A stretch of DNA of 64,000 nt. Source: Patescibacteria group bacterium. Lineage in GTDB: Bacteria > Patescibacteriota > Patescibacteriia > JAXHNJ01. Below, piece after piece: positions 1 through 9,910 of this stretch. The position numbers and the translations under genes are program-made. Where the stretch lies: positions 13,824 to 77,823 of the forward strand of contig JBDRMK010000017.1 in the NCBI GenBank assembly GCA_043812155.1. The letters are read 5' to 3'. Every line of letters begins with the position of its first letter. The stretch's first letter is position 1. The notes under the pieces were generated by a model. It worked only from the letters and a program-made list of their open reading frames with translations, did not search any database and had not been told where the DNA came from.

Positions 1-95
1 AGGCGCGGATCAGGCGCCACGTCAAAAACACGGTCTTCAAGAGCTTCTTCGCCGATCTTTTTCCCTTCTGAATTTAAAACGTCTATTTTGATCAT
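1..95 (-). CDS. rplD: 50S ribosomal protein L4, 5' part (runs off window)
   Basis: Hand translation MIKIDVLNSEGKKIGEEALEDRVFDV is a typical L4 N-terminus and lies directly after rplC. Confidence 0.85.
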   Translation of the reverse strand, partial: MIKIDVLNSEGKKIGEEALEDRVFDVAPDPR

Positions 96-98
96 ATA

Positions 99-794
99 TT
101 ATTTTTTCTTGGCGGCCTGGGCTTTCGCCGGCTTCTTCTCTTTTCCCTCGGACAAAGCCTCTTCTTCCACCGTATTTTTTTTCTTAATGCCTTCACCGAT
201 GATAAGAAGGAGGCTTTGGCGGACGCCGGGCGTGGCGCCTTTGAGATATATAATCTTGTTTTCCTCATCGATCTTGATGACTTCCAGATTTTTTACCGTT
301 ACTTTTTCATATCCCATTCTTCCAGGGCCACGCCTTCCTTTTATGACGTGCTGGGGAAAAGTGGGGCCGGCGGAGCCGGGCATGCGCAGCTGATCCTTGG
401 TTCCGTGGCTGGCCGGCGCGCCGTGAAAATGATGCCGGCGAACCACCCCTTGAAAACCCTTACCTTTGGACATCCCTTGGACAGAAACCAGCTCCTGGGG
501 TTCAAATATATTCAATTTAATTTCCTGGCCTTTTTGAAAATTCGCAATATCATCAATCCTGAATTCCCGCAAATGCCGGAAATCCCGGGCGCTTTTAGGC
601 GTGCCTTCTTTCTTTTTTTTATTCTTTTTTTTCTCGCCCAGGCCGAGCTGAATCGCCTGATAGCCGTCCTTCTCCTTGTTCTTCACCTGCGTCACGACTA
701 AAGATTCGACTAAAACCTTGGTCACCGGCGTGACCCGCCCGTTTTCGTCAAAAATTTGCGACATTTCAATTTTTTTCCCTAAAATTGCTTTCAT
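99..794 (-). CDS. rplC: 50S ribosomal protein L3
   Basis: MKAILGKKIEMSQIF, SKGKGFQGVVRRH and PGRMG motifs; S10 operon position. Confidence 0.97.
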   Translation of the reverse strand: MKAILGKKIEMSQIFDENGRVTPVTKVLVESLVVTQVKNKEKDGYQAIQLGLGEKKKNKKKKEGTPKSARDFRHLREFRIDDIANFQKGQEIKLNIFEPQELVSVQGMSKGKGFQGVVRRHHFHGAPASHGTKDQLRMPGSAGPTFPQHVIKGRRGPGRMGYEKVTVKNLEVIKIDEENKIIYLKGATPGVRQSLLLIIGEGIKKKNTVEEEALSEGKEKKPAKAQAAKKK

Positions 795-820
795 GTTAAT
801 GGAATAACCTTGCTTTTACG

Positions 821-872
821 AAAAAAACCGAGACTGCAAGTTATAAACCAAAATTGTAAGCTCGGTTTTTTT
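821..872 (-). terminator. Terminator/attenuator-like hairpin between rpsJ and rplC
   Basis: AAAAAAACCGAG (821-832) / CTCGGTTTTTTT (861-872) inverted repeat with T tracts. Confidence 0.45.
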
Positions 873-962
873 ACTGGCAAATCGTTATCTGGGGATTAAA
901 GACCTTTTTTTTCGTATTTTCATCCTCAGAACCTATTTACGCTTTATTTGATTATTATTAAT

Positions 963-1313
963 TTACATCTTTATTTCCACGTCCACGCCGGCCGGCAAAT
1001 TCAAACTCATCATGGAATCAACTGTTTTGGGCGTCGGGTCCAGAATATCGATCAAGCGCTTGTGGATCCGCATCTCATACTGGTCGCGCGAATCCTTATG
1101 GACAAAAGAAGAACGGTTGACCGTGTATTTGCTTTTCTCGGTCGGCAAAGGCACCGGACCCTTGACTTTCGCGCCCGAACGCAAAGCCGTCTCAATGATC
1201 GTCCGCGTCGATTGATCGATTATCTTATGATCATAGGCGCGGATTTTTATCCGGATCCGCTGACGCGGCTCTTCTTCTTTCTCGCTATTTACGACTTTTT
1301 CGTGGGTAAGCAT
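963..1313 (-). CDS. rpsJ: 30S ribosomal protein S10
   Basis: [18 protein letters not shown] and RIHKRLIDI motifs. Confidence 0.97.
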   Translation of the reverse strand: MLTHEKVVNSEKEEEPRQRIRIKIRAYDHKIIDQSTRTIIETALRSGAKVKGPVPLPTEKSKYTVNRSSFVHKDSRDQYEMRIHKRLIDILDPTPKTVDSMMSLNLPAGVDVEIKM

Positions 1314-1359
1314 GGAAAGATCAAAATTATGTTTTTATATATTTATCTAAGTTAATCTT

Positions 1360-2544
1360 TTATTTAATGATCTTGGTCACGACCCCGGCGCCAACGGTAT
1401 GACCGCCTTCACGGATCGCCAATCTTTGATGCTCTTCCAAAGCGATAGGTTTGACCAGCTTTACCTTTAACTTGACTGTATCTCCCGGCATGACCATTTC
1501 GGTCTTTTCCGGCAATTCCACTTCGCCCGTGACGTCAGTCGTCCGGATATAGAACTGCGGCTTGTAGCCTTTGAAAAACGGAGTATGGCGGCCGCCTTCT
1601 TCTTTGGTCAAAATATAGATCTCACTTTCAAATTCAGTGTGAGGGGTGACGGAGCCCGGTTTGACGATGACCTGGCCTCTTTCCACATCTTCTTTCTTGA
1701 TGCTGCGCAATAATATGCCCGCATTGTCTCCGGCCATGCCTTCATCCAATGATTTATTGAACATTTCAATGCCGGTGACCACGGTTTTTCTGGTCTCGCC
1801 CAGACCGACGATCTCCACTTCGTCATTGATCTTCACCATGCCTCTTTCAATTCTGCCGGTCACGACCGTGCCGCGGCCTTCAATGGAAAAGATATCTTCG
1901 ATCGGCATCAAGAAAGGCTTTTCCGTTTCGCGCTTCGGCTCGGGAATATATTCATCCAAAGTTTTGATCAATTCCATGACGGCATCCTGTGAAGCCGCAT
2001 CGCCCTCTAAGGCTTTCAAAGCTGAACCTTTGATAAAGGGCGTGGTATCACCGGGATATTCATACTTTTTGAGCAAGTCCCTTACTTCTTCTTCCACTAG
2101 ATCCACCAGTTCTTTATCTTCCACTTGATCAATTTTATTCAAAAAAACCACGATGGCCGGTACGCCAACCTGGTGCGCCAAAAGGATATGTTCGCGGGTC
2201 TGAGGCATCGGACCGTCCGCGGCGCTGACGACTAATACGGCGCCGTCCATCTGGGCCGCCCCGGTAATCATGTTTTTCACGTAATCCGCGTGGCCCGGAC
2301 AGTCAATATGAGCATAGTGTCTTTTTTCGCTTTCATATTCTTCATGAGAAGTGGCGATGGTCAGGCCTCTTTCCTTTTCTTCCGGAGAATTATCAATATC
2401 GTCCACGCTTTTATCCTTAGCCTTAAAACCCTTGGCGCTTAAAGTCTTTAAAATGGCCGCCGTTAAAGTGGTCTTGCCGTGGTCAACATGACCGATCGTT
2501 CCCACATTAACATGGGGTTTTGTTCTTTCAAATTTTTCCGTCAT
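1360..2544 (-). CDS. tuf: Elongation factor Tu
   Basis: [32 protein letters not shown] and NKID motifs. Confidence 0.99.
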   Translation of the reverse strand: MTEKFERTKPHVNVGTIGHVDHGKTTLTAAILKTLSAKGFKAKDKSVDDIDNSPEEKERGLTIATSHEEYESEKRHYAHIDCPGHADYVKNMITGAAQMDGAVLVVSAADGPMPQTREHILLAHQVGVPAIVVFLNKIDQVEDKELVDLVEEEVRDLLKKYEYPGDTTPFIKGSALKALEGDAASQDAVMELIKTLDEYIPEPKRETEKPFLMPIEDIFSIEGRGTVVTGRIERGMVKINDEVEIVGLGETRKTVVTGIEMFNKSLDEGMAGDNAGILLRSIKKEDVERGQVIVKPGSVTPHTEFESEIYILTKEEGGRHTPFFKGYKPQFYIRTTDVTGEVELPEKTEMVMPGDTVKLKVKLVKPIALEEHQRLAIREGGHTVGAGVVTKIIK

Positions 2545-2793
2545 TTTTTTAATTCCTTTCTATTAGCCCTAAAGTCTAAAATTATCGCTTTAGGGGGTGT
2601 AAAAATTGATATTGGATTAATGATACTAAAAAAGCCTTTAATTGGCAATAGCGATTATAGCAATATATATAATTTTTGGCAAGTTTTTATTATAAGGATC
2701 AGTATTAATGCGGGTATTTTTGGCTAAATTTAGCCAAAAAATAAGGTATTATATTTTAAACGATGTTTTATTCCGACTAAGAACTAAAAACAG

Positions 2794-4122
2794 CTACATC
2801 ACGCCGATATACTCATAAAAAACATCTCCCGCCTGGTTTAAACCCGTGCCTTCAGACATTGTATCCTGGGTATATAAGATATAATCTTCGCGGCTTTCCG
2901 TATTTAAGGCATGGAGCCTGATTATTTCCTTATTTTGGCCCTCCGTAACTTCATAAGTCTGATAGATAATGGTCTGGCTGTCCGGCCACCAGGCCTTGAA
3001 TTCGCCCTGATCGCTCAATTTGACCTTTTCTTTCGACTTAATATCATAAAGAATTAAGCCTTGGTCATAATAGGCGTCATTTAAAAGGATTATTTTATTT
3101 CCGTCCGGAGAGATGATCCGGCCGCCATAACCCACCTGATCGGTTTTTTCATTGATAAAAATATCCTGGAATTGACCGGTCTTCAGATCTAATTTTTGCA
3201 GCTGGGTCCGTAAAATCGTCTCCCCTTCTTTGACGACCTGCGGGCCCCGGTTCACTAGGGCAAAACCTTGCGCCGGATAAAAACCAAGCAGTACGATAAT
3301 ATCTTTATCCTCATTTTCCTCGATTGAAGAATAATAGATTTCAGAGGAAGTCATGTTTTCTAAATTTAAGGCGTAAAGCCCGCCGGGATTTAGAACATAA
3401 TCATCGCTAACTTGATCTTGCGCGAAAATATAAACCAAAGAATTGTCATCGGAAAAAGAGACCGGCAAATACAGATCAAAACTATTTTCTTGATGCTTGA
3501 TACTGGTGGGATCGAATTCCAAAACATCACCTTCATCCAGATCTTTTATTTTTAACAAATAATTAAAGCCGGAAATATCGTCGGTTTGGCTGACGGTCTT
3601 ATTTTCCAGATAAGCAATGATATTTTTATCAGACGACAGGATAAAATCAGTGCCGAACGCGACCGGCGGGAGAAAAAAATCTTTTTTTTCACCGTCTACG
3701 CCCACCGCCCGGTTTTCGGCTTGGCCGAATTCCGTCACGATAATGATGCTGCCTGCAAGATAAGGATAGGCCGTTTCATAGGTCAGATCTTCGGCCGAGT
3801 AAAATTTGAATTTTTTCTCGCCCTTCTCGCCCGTCAGAAAAAAATTTGTCTGATATTTATTTTCGCCCAAGCTGTTAACCTCCATTACTTCTTTTTCCGC
3901 GTAGATCAACAGGTTCTGTCCGCTAATTTCTTGGTAGGTGTCAACATTCTCTCCCTTGGCGGAAAAATAGGAAATATCAAGGCCCTCTTTTTTTGTTTCA
4001 TTATTTTTGGCGTTTTTGTGGAAATAAAAAAAACCTCCCAGAGCCACGAACATCAGCAAAAAGATCACCAGCGGCAGTATAAATTTGATATCTTTATCTG
4101 CTATACTTTTATTTTTGGGCAT
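2794..4122 (-). CDS. Membrane-anchored TolB-like beta-propeller protein
   Basis: N-terminal TM helix; SSDKN/SDDNS/SPDGN/WPDSQ turn repeats; start moved to MPKNK to avoid overlap with fusA. Confidence 0.6.
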   Translation of the reverse strand: MPKNKSIADKDIKFILPLVIFLLMFVALGGFFYFHKNAKNNETKKEGLDISYFSAKGENVDTYQEISGQNLLIYAEKEVMEVNSLGENKYQTNFFLTGEKGEKKFKFYSAEDLTYETAYPYLAGSIIIVTEFGQAENRAVGVDGEKKDFFLPPVAFGTDFILSSDKNIIAYLENKTVSQTDDISGFNYLLKIKDLDEGDVLEFDPTSIKHQENSFDLYLPVSFSDDNSLVYIFAQDQVSDDYVLNPGGLYALNLENMTSSEIYYSSIEENEDKDIIVLLGFYPAQGFALVNRGPQVVKEGETILRTQLQKLDLKTGQFQDIFINEKTDQVGYGGRIISPDGNKIILLNDAYYDQGLILYDIKSKEKVKLSDQGEFKAWWPDSQTIIYQTYEVTEGQNKEIIRLHALNTESREDYILYTQDTMSEGTGLNQAGDVFYEYIGVM

Positions 4123-4129
4123 AAATGAT

Positions 4130-6205
4130 CTACTTTTTTTTGCCTTCAATGATCTCGGCGGCAATGTGGGCGGAGACCGGCGAGTAATTGGAAAATTCCA
4201 TATTATAGGAAGCGCGGCCCTGGCTCATGGAACGCAATGAAGTGGCATAGCCGAACATGGTCGCCAAGGGCACGTCCGCGTCAATTATTTTCGAGTTGCC
4301 GCGGTCACGCATGTTCTTTATATGGGCTCTTTTGGAATTCAAGTCGCCGATGATGTCTCCCATGAATTTTTCCGGGGTGACCACTTCCACTTTCATGATC
4401 GGCTCAAGCAATATAGGCTTGGCTTTTTTGGCGGCCGCCTGCAAGGCCATGGACCCGGCGATCTTAAAAGCGGCTTCCGAAGAATCAACTTCATGATAAG
4501 TGCCGTCAAATACCGTCACCTTAATATCAACCATGGGGTAGCCGGCCAAGACGCCGTTATCCAGGGCTTCCTTGACCCCTTTTTGGATCGGCAGGATGTA
4601 TTCCTTGGGAATGGTGCCGCCTTTTACCTCATCCACGAATTCAAAGCCTTTGTTGCCTTTCTGCTTTTCCACCCGCAAAAAGCAATGGCCGTATTGGCCG
4701 CGGCCGCCGGATTGCTTGATATATTTGCCTTCCGCCTCCGCCGTCTGAGTGATCGTTTCCTTGTAGGCGACCTGCGGCTGGCCGACATTGGCCTCCACCT
4801 TGAATTCCCGCTTCATCCGGTCCACCAGGATTTCCAAATGCAGCTCGCCCATGCCGGAAATGATCGTCTGGTTGATCTCTTCGTCTGACTTAACCTTAAA
4901 AGTCGGGTCTTCCTGCATCAGCTTAGCCAAGGCAAAACCCATTTTTTCCTGGTCCGCCTTAGTCTTCGGCTCAATAGCCACGGAAATGACCGGTTCGGGG
5001 AAAACGATATTTTCCAAAGTAATGGGGTTATTTTCATCGCATAAAGTATCGCCAGTGGTCGTGTTTTTCAAGCCCACCGCCGCGGCGATATCGCCGGCAT
5101 AAACTTCTTTCACTTCTTCCCGGTGGTTGGCGTGAAGTCTTACGATACGGCCGACTCTTTCTTTTTTATCGGTGCGCGTGTTCAAAACATAGGAACCGGC
5201 GGCCAGCGTGCCGGAATAGACCCGGAAAAAAGATAAAGTGCCGACAAAAGGATCCGTGGCCACTTTAAAAGCCAGGGCGGAAAATGACTCTTCATCGCTT
5301 GTTTTCCGGACGATCTTATTTTCCGTCCGGGGCTCAAAACCTTCGATCGGAGGGACTTCCAAAGGCGAAGGAAGATAATCATTGACCGCGTCCAGCATGA
5401 ACTGCACCCCTTTATTCTTTAAGGCCGAGCCGCAAAGCACGGGAAAAAGCTTATGAGCGATGGTCGCCTGGCGCAGGATTTTTTTCATTTCGGAAACGTC
5501 AGGCTCTTTGCCTTCCAAATATTCATGCAGTAATTTATCATTCTGCTCACAGATCGCTTCCACCATTTGATGGCGGTACTCTTCCACTTTTTCTTTCATC
5601 TCTTCAGGCACCTCGGTATCCTCCCACTCTTTGCCGTCCTCGTCTTTATAGAGCCGAGCTTTTCTTTCAAACAAATCAATGATCCCTTTAAAATTCTCTT
5701 CCGCCCCGATCGGCAGCTGGATGGGCACGGCGTCCTTGCTCAATCTTTCGTGAATGGAATCCAGATCAAAATAAAAATTGGCGCCCATCCGGTCCATCTT
5801 ATTGACAAAACAGATCAGAGGCACTTTGAATTTTTCCGCCTGGTGCCAGACAGTTTCCGATTGGGGCTCCACTCCGGCCACGCCGTCAAAAACCACCACC
5901 CCGCCGTCCAGGACGCGCAAAGAGCGCTGGACCTCGGCCGTAAAATCAATATGACCGGGCGTGTCAATGATATTTATCCGGTGGTCTTTCCAAAAACAGG
6001 TGGTGGCGGCGGAAGTGATGGTAATGCCGCGCTCCTTTTCCTGCTCCATCCAGTCCATTTCCGCTTCGCCGTTGTGCACTTCGCCGATCTTATGCTTTTT
6101 TCCGGTGTAATACAAAATGCGCTCGGAAACCGTGGTTTTTCCGGCGTCAATGTGAGCTATAATCCCAATATTCCTTGTTTTTTCTAATGAATACTCTCTT
6201 GCCAT
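4130..6205 (-). CDS. fusA: Elongation factor G
   Basis: [23 protein letters not shown] and GMGELHL motifs; 691 aa. Confidence 0.99.
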   Translation of the reverse strand: MAREYSLEKTRNIGIIAHIDAGKTTVSERILYYTGKKHKIGEVHNGEAEMDWMEQEKERGITITSAATTCFWKDHRINIIDTPGHIDFTAEVQRSLRVLDGGVVVFDGVAGVEPQSETVWHQAEKFKVPLICFVNKMDRMGANFYFDLDSIHERLSKDAVPIQLPIGAEENFKGIIDLFERKARLYKDEDGKEWEDTEVPEEMKEKVEEYRHQMVEAICEQNDKLLHEYLEGKEPDVSEMKKILRQATIAHKLFPVLCGSALKNKGVQFMLDAVNDYLPSPLEVPPIEGFEPRTENKIVRKTSDEESFSALAFKVATDPFVGTLSFFRVYSGTLAAGSYVLNTRTDKKERVGRIVRLHANHREEVKEVYAGDIAAAVGLKNTTTGDTLCDENNPITLENIVFPEPVISVAIEPKTKADQEKMGFALAKLMQEDPTFKVKSDEEINQTIISGMGELHLEILVDRMKREFKVEANVGQPQVAYKETITQTAEAEGKYIKQSGGRGQYGHCFLRVEKQKGNKGFEFVDEVKGGTIPKEYILPIQKGVKEALDNGVLAGYPMVDIKVTVFDGTYHEVDSSEAAFKIAGSMALQAAAKKAKPILLEPIMKVEVVTPEKFMGDIIGDLNSKRAHIKNMRDRGNSKIIDADVPLATMFGYATSLRSMSQGRASYNMEFSNYSPVSAHIAAEIIEGKKK

Positions 6206-6220
6206 AATTCAAAATTTCCC

Positions 6221-6310
6221 TTATTTTATTTTACTCATCCTGAGCCGCGTCGAAGGATGAGCGATAATGCCGATATTTCTCGTTTTTTCTAATGAATACT
6301 CTCTGGCCAT
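6221..6310 (-). pseudogene. Duplicated fusA 5' fragment (29-aa mini-[32 protein letters not shown])
   Basis: The first 18 codons encode the same residues as fusA with 7 synonymous changes, then run into a palindrome at 6234-6261. Confidence 0.85.
6234..6261. repeat. REP-like palindrome CTCATCCT-GAGCCGCGTCGA-AGGATGAG
   Basis: 8-bp inverted repeat at the breakpoint of the fusA fragment. Confidence 0.7.
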
Positions 6311-6344
6311 AATAAAAAAAGACTTTTGTTAATTATTGATAATA

Positions 6345-6881
6345 TTATTGGCTTGCCTGAGCCTCTCTTATAAAACCCTCTAGTTGGCCAAAAATATATT
6401 TAAAAGCGGCTTTAACTTCTTCTGAATCTGGATCCTTACCTATTGTTTCCTCTTTTCTTGGATTTATCTTTTCTTTCAGCAACTCGTCCAAACTGCTTCT
6501 TAGAAGCGAGTCTCCAACTGTGAGTTCGTAAGCTTCTCTTAGCTTAGCTTGATACTTACTGTTTAAATCGTTAGAGCCTTCAATTTTTCTTAAATGGTCT
6601 GGGTCAATTTCCGTTATTCTTTTACCGGTCATTTTTTTAACTATAGCGTTAACCTTATCTATCTTATCAATCTTATCTATTTCTTCTTGACGGCGTTCTA
6701 TTTCTTTAGGAGTTACCGGCCTTCTTAATTCTCTTGCCGCATAGGTATTTAAATCATCTATTGAATCTTCAATTGATCCAAGATTACCCTTTTTACGGGC
6801 TTCCTCAAATTTCTTAGTCATTCCTTCTCTTTCTCTTTGTTCTTCTGGCTCAATCGCGGAGAATTCTTTATTTTCTGCCAT
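6345..6881 (-). CDS. Hypothetical charged helical protein (N-terminus shared with neighbour)
   Basis: 178-aa AT-rich ORF; no family recognised. Confidence 0.7.
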   Translation of the reverse strand: MAENKEFSAIEPEEQREREGMTKKFEEARKKGNLGSIEDSIDDLNTYAARELRRPVTPKEIERRQEEIDKIDKIDKVNAIVKKMTGKRITEIDPDHLRKIEGSNDLNSKYQAKLREAYELTVGDSLLRSSLDELLKEKINPRKEETIGKDPDSEEVKAAFKYIFGQLEGFIREAQASQ

Positions 6882-6935
6882 ATGTTTTAATAATTTATCT
6901 TATACTCTTCTATATAAATCTTAAATGAATATTTG

Positions 6936-7436
6936 TCAAATCTGCTGCTGAAATTCCCTCATTTTATTAAGAATCTCTTCGGTCTCATTTTGGAGATGCC
7001 AAAAATGCGATAGATCATATCTCTCTTCCATTGTCGACTCTAATAATTCATTGTACCTCATCAAGCACGACGTGTAGGAATCCTGAACTTCCATAAGTCT
7101 TTTGGAATGTTCGACCCCCGCTACCGCCCTAATTTCATCCCATAAGACACCACATGCCGTCAGTTTCTCGCGGGCGTTTTGTATTGCCTCTTTAATATCA
7201 TTTATTTCTCGTAAAGTATTCCTAGCGCTCAAAAACTCATTAACTTTGCTGTCGAGTTTCACTTTCATCGCCACCGCACTTTCAAAACGCCGCTCATACG
7301 TTGAGGCACTTTTGTCTTCAACAAATGCATCTATTGCCCGTTTTCCCATTCTTGCTTCCTCAAACTCTGGAGTTACTCCCTCTATTCTATTCTTTTCCTC
7401 AGGGCTAATCAGTTTGAATTCTTTTCCTTCATTCAT
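6936..7436 (-). CDS. Hypothetical charged helical protein (N-terminus shared with neighbour)
   Basis: 166-aa ORF; no family recognised. Confidence 0.7.
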   Translation of the reverse strand: MNEGKEFKLISPEEKNRIEGVTPEFEEARMGKRAIDAFVEDKSASTYERRFESAVAMKVKLDSKVNEFLSARNTLREINDIKEAIQNAREKLTACGVLWDEIRAVAGVEHSKRLMEVQDSYTSCLMRYNELLESTMEERYDLSHFWHLQNETEEILNKMREFQQQI

Positions 7437-7468
7437 AACAATTATATTAGTGCCTTATTAACTAATAT

Positions 7469-7939
7469 TTATCTCCGGCCAAAATGAGCGAAAGCGCGGT
7501 TGGCTTCGGCCATCCGGTGGACATCCTCGCGTTTGGCCATGGCCGCCCCGGTTTTCTGGGAAGCGGCGATCAGTTCTTCGGCCAGCTTTTCCGCCATCTC
7601 TTTGCCTTTCTTCTCGCGAGCGGCGCCTAATATCCAGCGGAAAGCGAGAGCCTGCCTCCGGTCGCCTCTCACTTCCATCGGAATTTGGTAATTGGCGCCG
7701 CCGATCCGCTTTGATTTCACCTCCACGGCCGGGGACACGTTTTTTAAAGCGAGGTCAAAAATCTCCAAAGGATCTTTCTTGGTCTTCTCGGAAATTATAT
7801 CAAAGGATTTATAAAATAACCTCTGGGCCGTGGACTTTTTCCCTTGGCGCATGACCTGATTGATGAACTTGGCGATCACTACGCTTGAAAACTTGGGATC
7901 AGCCGCGATTTTTCTTTTTTTGGCTTGTTTTGATCTCAT
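7469..7939 (-). CDS. rpsG: 30S ribosomal protein S7
   Basis: EVKSKRIGGANYQIP and HRMAEANRAFAH motifs; start at MRSKQ, just after the rpsL stop. Confidence 0.97.
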   Translation of the reverse strand: MRSKQAKKRKIAADPKFSSVVIAKFINQVMRQGKKSTAQRLFYKSFDIISEKTKKDPLEIFDLALKNVSPAVEVKSKRIGGANYQIPMEVRGDRRQALAFRWILGAAREKKGKEMAEKLAEELIAASQKTGAAMAKREDVHRMAEANRAFAHFGRR

Positions 7940-7940
7940 A

Positions 7941-8366
7941 TTATTTCTTCTCCTTTTCCCGTTTGGCGCCGTAAAGGCTGCGGCCCTGTTTTCTCCCCTC
8001 AACGCCCAGGGAATCATAAACCCCGCGCACGATGTGATAACGCACGCCTGGCAGGTCTTTAACCCGGCCGCCACGGACCAAGACAATGGAATGCTCCTGT
8101 AAATTATGGCCCACGCCGGGGATATAAGCGGTCACTTCCTGGCCATTGGACAGCCTGACCCGGGCGATCTTGCGCAAAGCGGAATTAGGCTTTTTAGGCG
8201 TGGTCGTGGTCACTTTTAAGCAGACGCCCCGCTTGAACGGGCTGCCATGGGCTAATTTGGTCCGGCGCCTTTTAATGGTGTCCAAGACGGTTTCCAAGGC
8301 CGGAGTCTTGGTTTTTCTTTTCAGGGATTTCCTGCCCTTTCTTATTAGCTGACTGATGGTTGGCAT
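7941..8366 (-). CDS. rpsL: 30S ribosomal protein S12
   Basis: [19 protein letters not shown] and [10 protein letters not shown] motifs. Confidence 0.99.
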   Translation of the reverse strand: MPTISQLIRKGRKSLKRKTKTPALETVLDTIKRRRTKLAHGSPFKRGVCLKVTTTTPKKPNSALRKIARVRLSNGQEVTAYIPGVGHNLQEHSIVLVRGGRVKDLPGVRYHIVRGVYDSLGVEGRKQGRSLYGAKREKEKK

Positions 8367-8678
8367 AATTGATTATATTTTAGCAAATATTATTTATTAT
8401 TTCAATAAAAGGTATTAAAACCCTAGAGCAAGCCCTGGACTCAATTGCCGCAGCAAACTGGAGGGATATTAAGCCTTTTGATGCCTTCGCTCGTTCGGAA
8501 AAGAAAATGCTTTTTCTTTTTACTCGCTCGCTCGGCAATAAAAAAACCTCTTAACGCTAACGAGGATTCCTTGTTGATAATATAGCAGAAAGAGACTAAA
8601 AATGTCAAATCTAGCTTAAATTCTGGAAAATCTGCTCAGAAAGCTAGCTATCCAAAATTAATTTTGGCCTCATTGAGT

Positions 8679-8722
8679 CCTGCCCGCCGTAGCCCCGAGC
8701 GAAGTCGAGGGGCGAAGGCGGG
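8679..8722. repeat. Hairpin family copy H1 (CCTG-CCCGC-CGTA-stem/loop-GAAG-GCGGG)
   Basis: Imperfect palindrome with the same architecture as the copies at 9710, 9869, 50742, 51042 and 51178. Confidence 0.7.
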
Positions 8723-8728
8723 TCAAAT

Positions 8729-9358
8729 CTAGCCGAAAATACGGAAAATTGCCTGAGAAAAAAAGTTAAAAAGGCCGGCAAACAGGCCAAGATTTAAGAT
8801 CCGGTCCAAAATAATGATAAATAGAAGTATCATCGGCCCGGACTTTTCCAGCCTTAATTTAAAATTATCAAGAGAAGGCGGCAAAATTTTCATTAAGATC
8901 TTTGAGCCGTCCAAAGGCGGAACAGGAATAAGGTTAAAAACCATCAGGATAATATTGATGTAAATAAGAGTGAAAAGAAAATAGACCAAAAGATTTTCCG
9001 GGCCCAGGAAGGCCAAAAATTTAAGGGCCAGGCCGAAAATAAAAATCTGGGCCAAATTGGAAAGCGGGCCGGCCGCGGAAACAAAAACTTCGCCCCATTT
9101 CTGATTCTTAAGATTATAAGGATTGACCGGCACCGGTTTGCCGTAGCCAAAACCGACCAGCAATAAAAAAAGCAGTCCCCAGAGATCAAGATGGGCCAGA
9201 GGATTCAAAGTGAGACGGCCGGAATTCTTGGCGGTGGGATCGCCGGCGAGATTGGCGGCGAAAGCGTGGGAAAACTCGTGGATCGTGATGCCGATCAAAA
9301 TCGCCGCCAGCCAAATGAGGAAAAATACCGGCTCAGAAAAAAGTAAATTGATTATCAT
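8729..9358 (-). CDS. Site-2 protease family (M50) metalloprotease
   Basis: HEFSH, AAGPLSN and NLIPVPPLDG motifs; hydrophobic. Confidence 0.92.
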   Translation of the reverse strand: MIINLLFSEPVFFLIWLAAILIGITIHEFSHAFAANLAGDPTAKNSGRLTLNPLAHLDLWGLLFLLLVGFGYGKPVPVNPYNLKNQKWGEVFVSAAGPLSNLAQIFIFGLALKFLAFLGPENLLVYFLFTLIYINIILMVFNLIPVPPLDGSKILMKILPPSLDNFKLRLEKSGPMILLFIIILDRILNLGLFAGLFNFFSQAIFRIFG

Positions 9359-9446
9359 ATGATATTTATGCCTCTTGAAAAATTTTTAAAAAGTGATATG
9401 CTGATAAAAGGCGAATTTAATAAAGAATAAATAAGGAAAAAACGTT

Positions 9447-9620
9447 ATGGCCAAGTCCTGCGCGATCTGCGGTAAAACGGCGAGAAAAAGCTTTTCCCGC
9501 AGTCATTCTAACATAGCCACCAAAAGATTACAAAAAGCCAATCTGCAAACTTTGATCAAAGACGGAAAAAAATACCGGGCGTGTACCTCTTGTATCAAAA
9601 GTTATTCCAAAAATAAATAA
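9447..9620 (+). CDS. rpmB: 50S ribosomal protein L28
   Basis: Hand translation MAKSCAICGK...SRSHSNIATKRLQKANLQ...CTSCIK (57 aa; absent from the ORF track). Confidence 0.93.
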   Translation: MAKSCAICGKTARKSFSRSHSNIATKRLQKANLQTLIKDGKKYRACTSCIKSYSKNK

Positions 9621-9674
9621 GGGGTATTTATTTAATGTAACTGGCCGGGATCTGAGAAAAGAAATTTCCTGAGT

Positions 9675-9709
9675 CGGGGTGTAGCGTAGTTGGTAGCGCG
9701 CATGCATGG
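9675..9709 (+). pseudogene. tRNA-Pro 5' half, broken in the anticodon loop
   Basis: CGGGGTG TA GCGT AGTTGGTA GCGC G CATGC AT GG, then hairpin H2; a possible 3' remnant GCATG / AGGTCGCG flanks hairpin H3 (9864-9918). Confidence 0.8.
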
Positions 9710-9738
9710 CCCGCCTTAGTCTCTAAGACTTCGGCGGG
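9710..9738 (-). repeat. Hairpin family copy H2
   Basis: Reverse complement reads CCCGC-CGAA-GTC-TTAGA-GAC-TAAG-GCGGG. Confidence 0.7.
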
Positions 9739-9769
9739 TAAAAGTGCTTTGAAAATTGACTGTTCGGGT

Positions 9770-9844
9770 CGGGGTATGGCCCAGCTAGCTTAGGGCGCAT
9801 GCATGGGGTGCATGAGATCGTGGGTGCGAATCCCACTACCCCGA
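9770..9844 (+). tRNA. tRNA-Pro(GGG)
   Basis: Acceptor CGGGGTA/TACCCCG, D stem GCCC/GGGC, anticodon arm CATGC-AT-GGG-GT-GCATG, T arm GTGGG-TGCGAAT-CCCAC. Confidence 0.88.
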
Positions 9845-9868
9845 CCCGAGTATTTTATTAAGAGCATG

Positions 9869-9910
9869 CCTGTCCGCCGAAGCTCGAATAACTATGAGAG
9901 CGTAGGCGGA
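9869..9910 (+). repeat. Hairpin family copy H3
   Basis: CCTG-TCCGC-CGAA-GCTC...GAGC-GTAG-GCGGA. Confidence 0.75.

Noticed and set aside
8440-8540. Possible mobile-element end remnant upstream of rpsL (TGCCGCAGCAAACTG…GCTCGTTCGG…CTCGCTCG)
   Set aside because: Single degenerate copy with no associated gene; it cannot be supported from this window.
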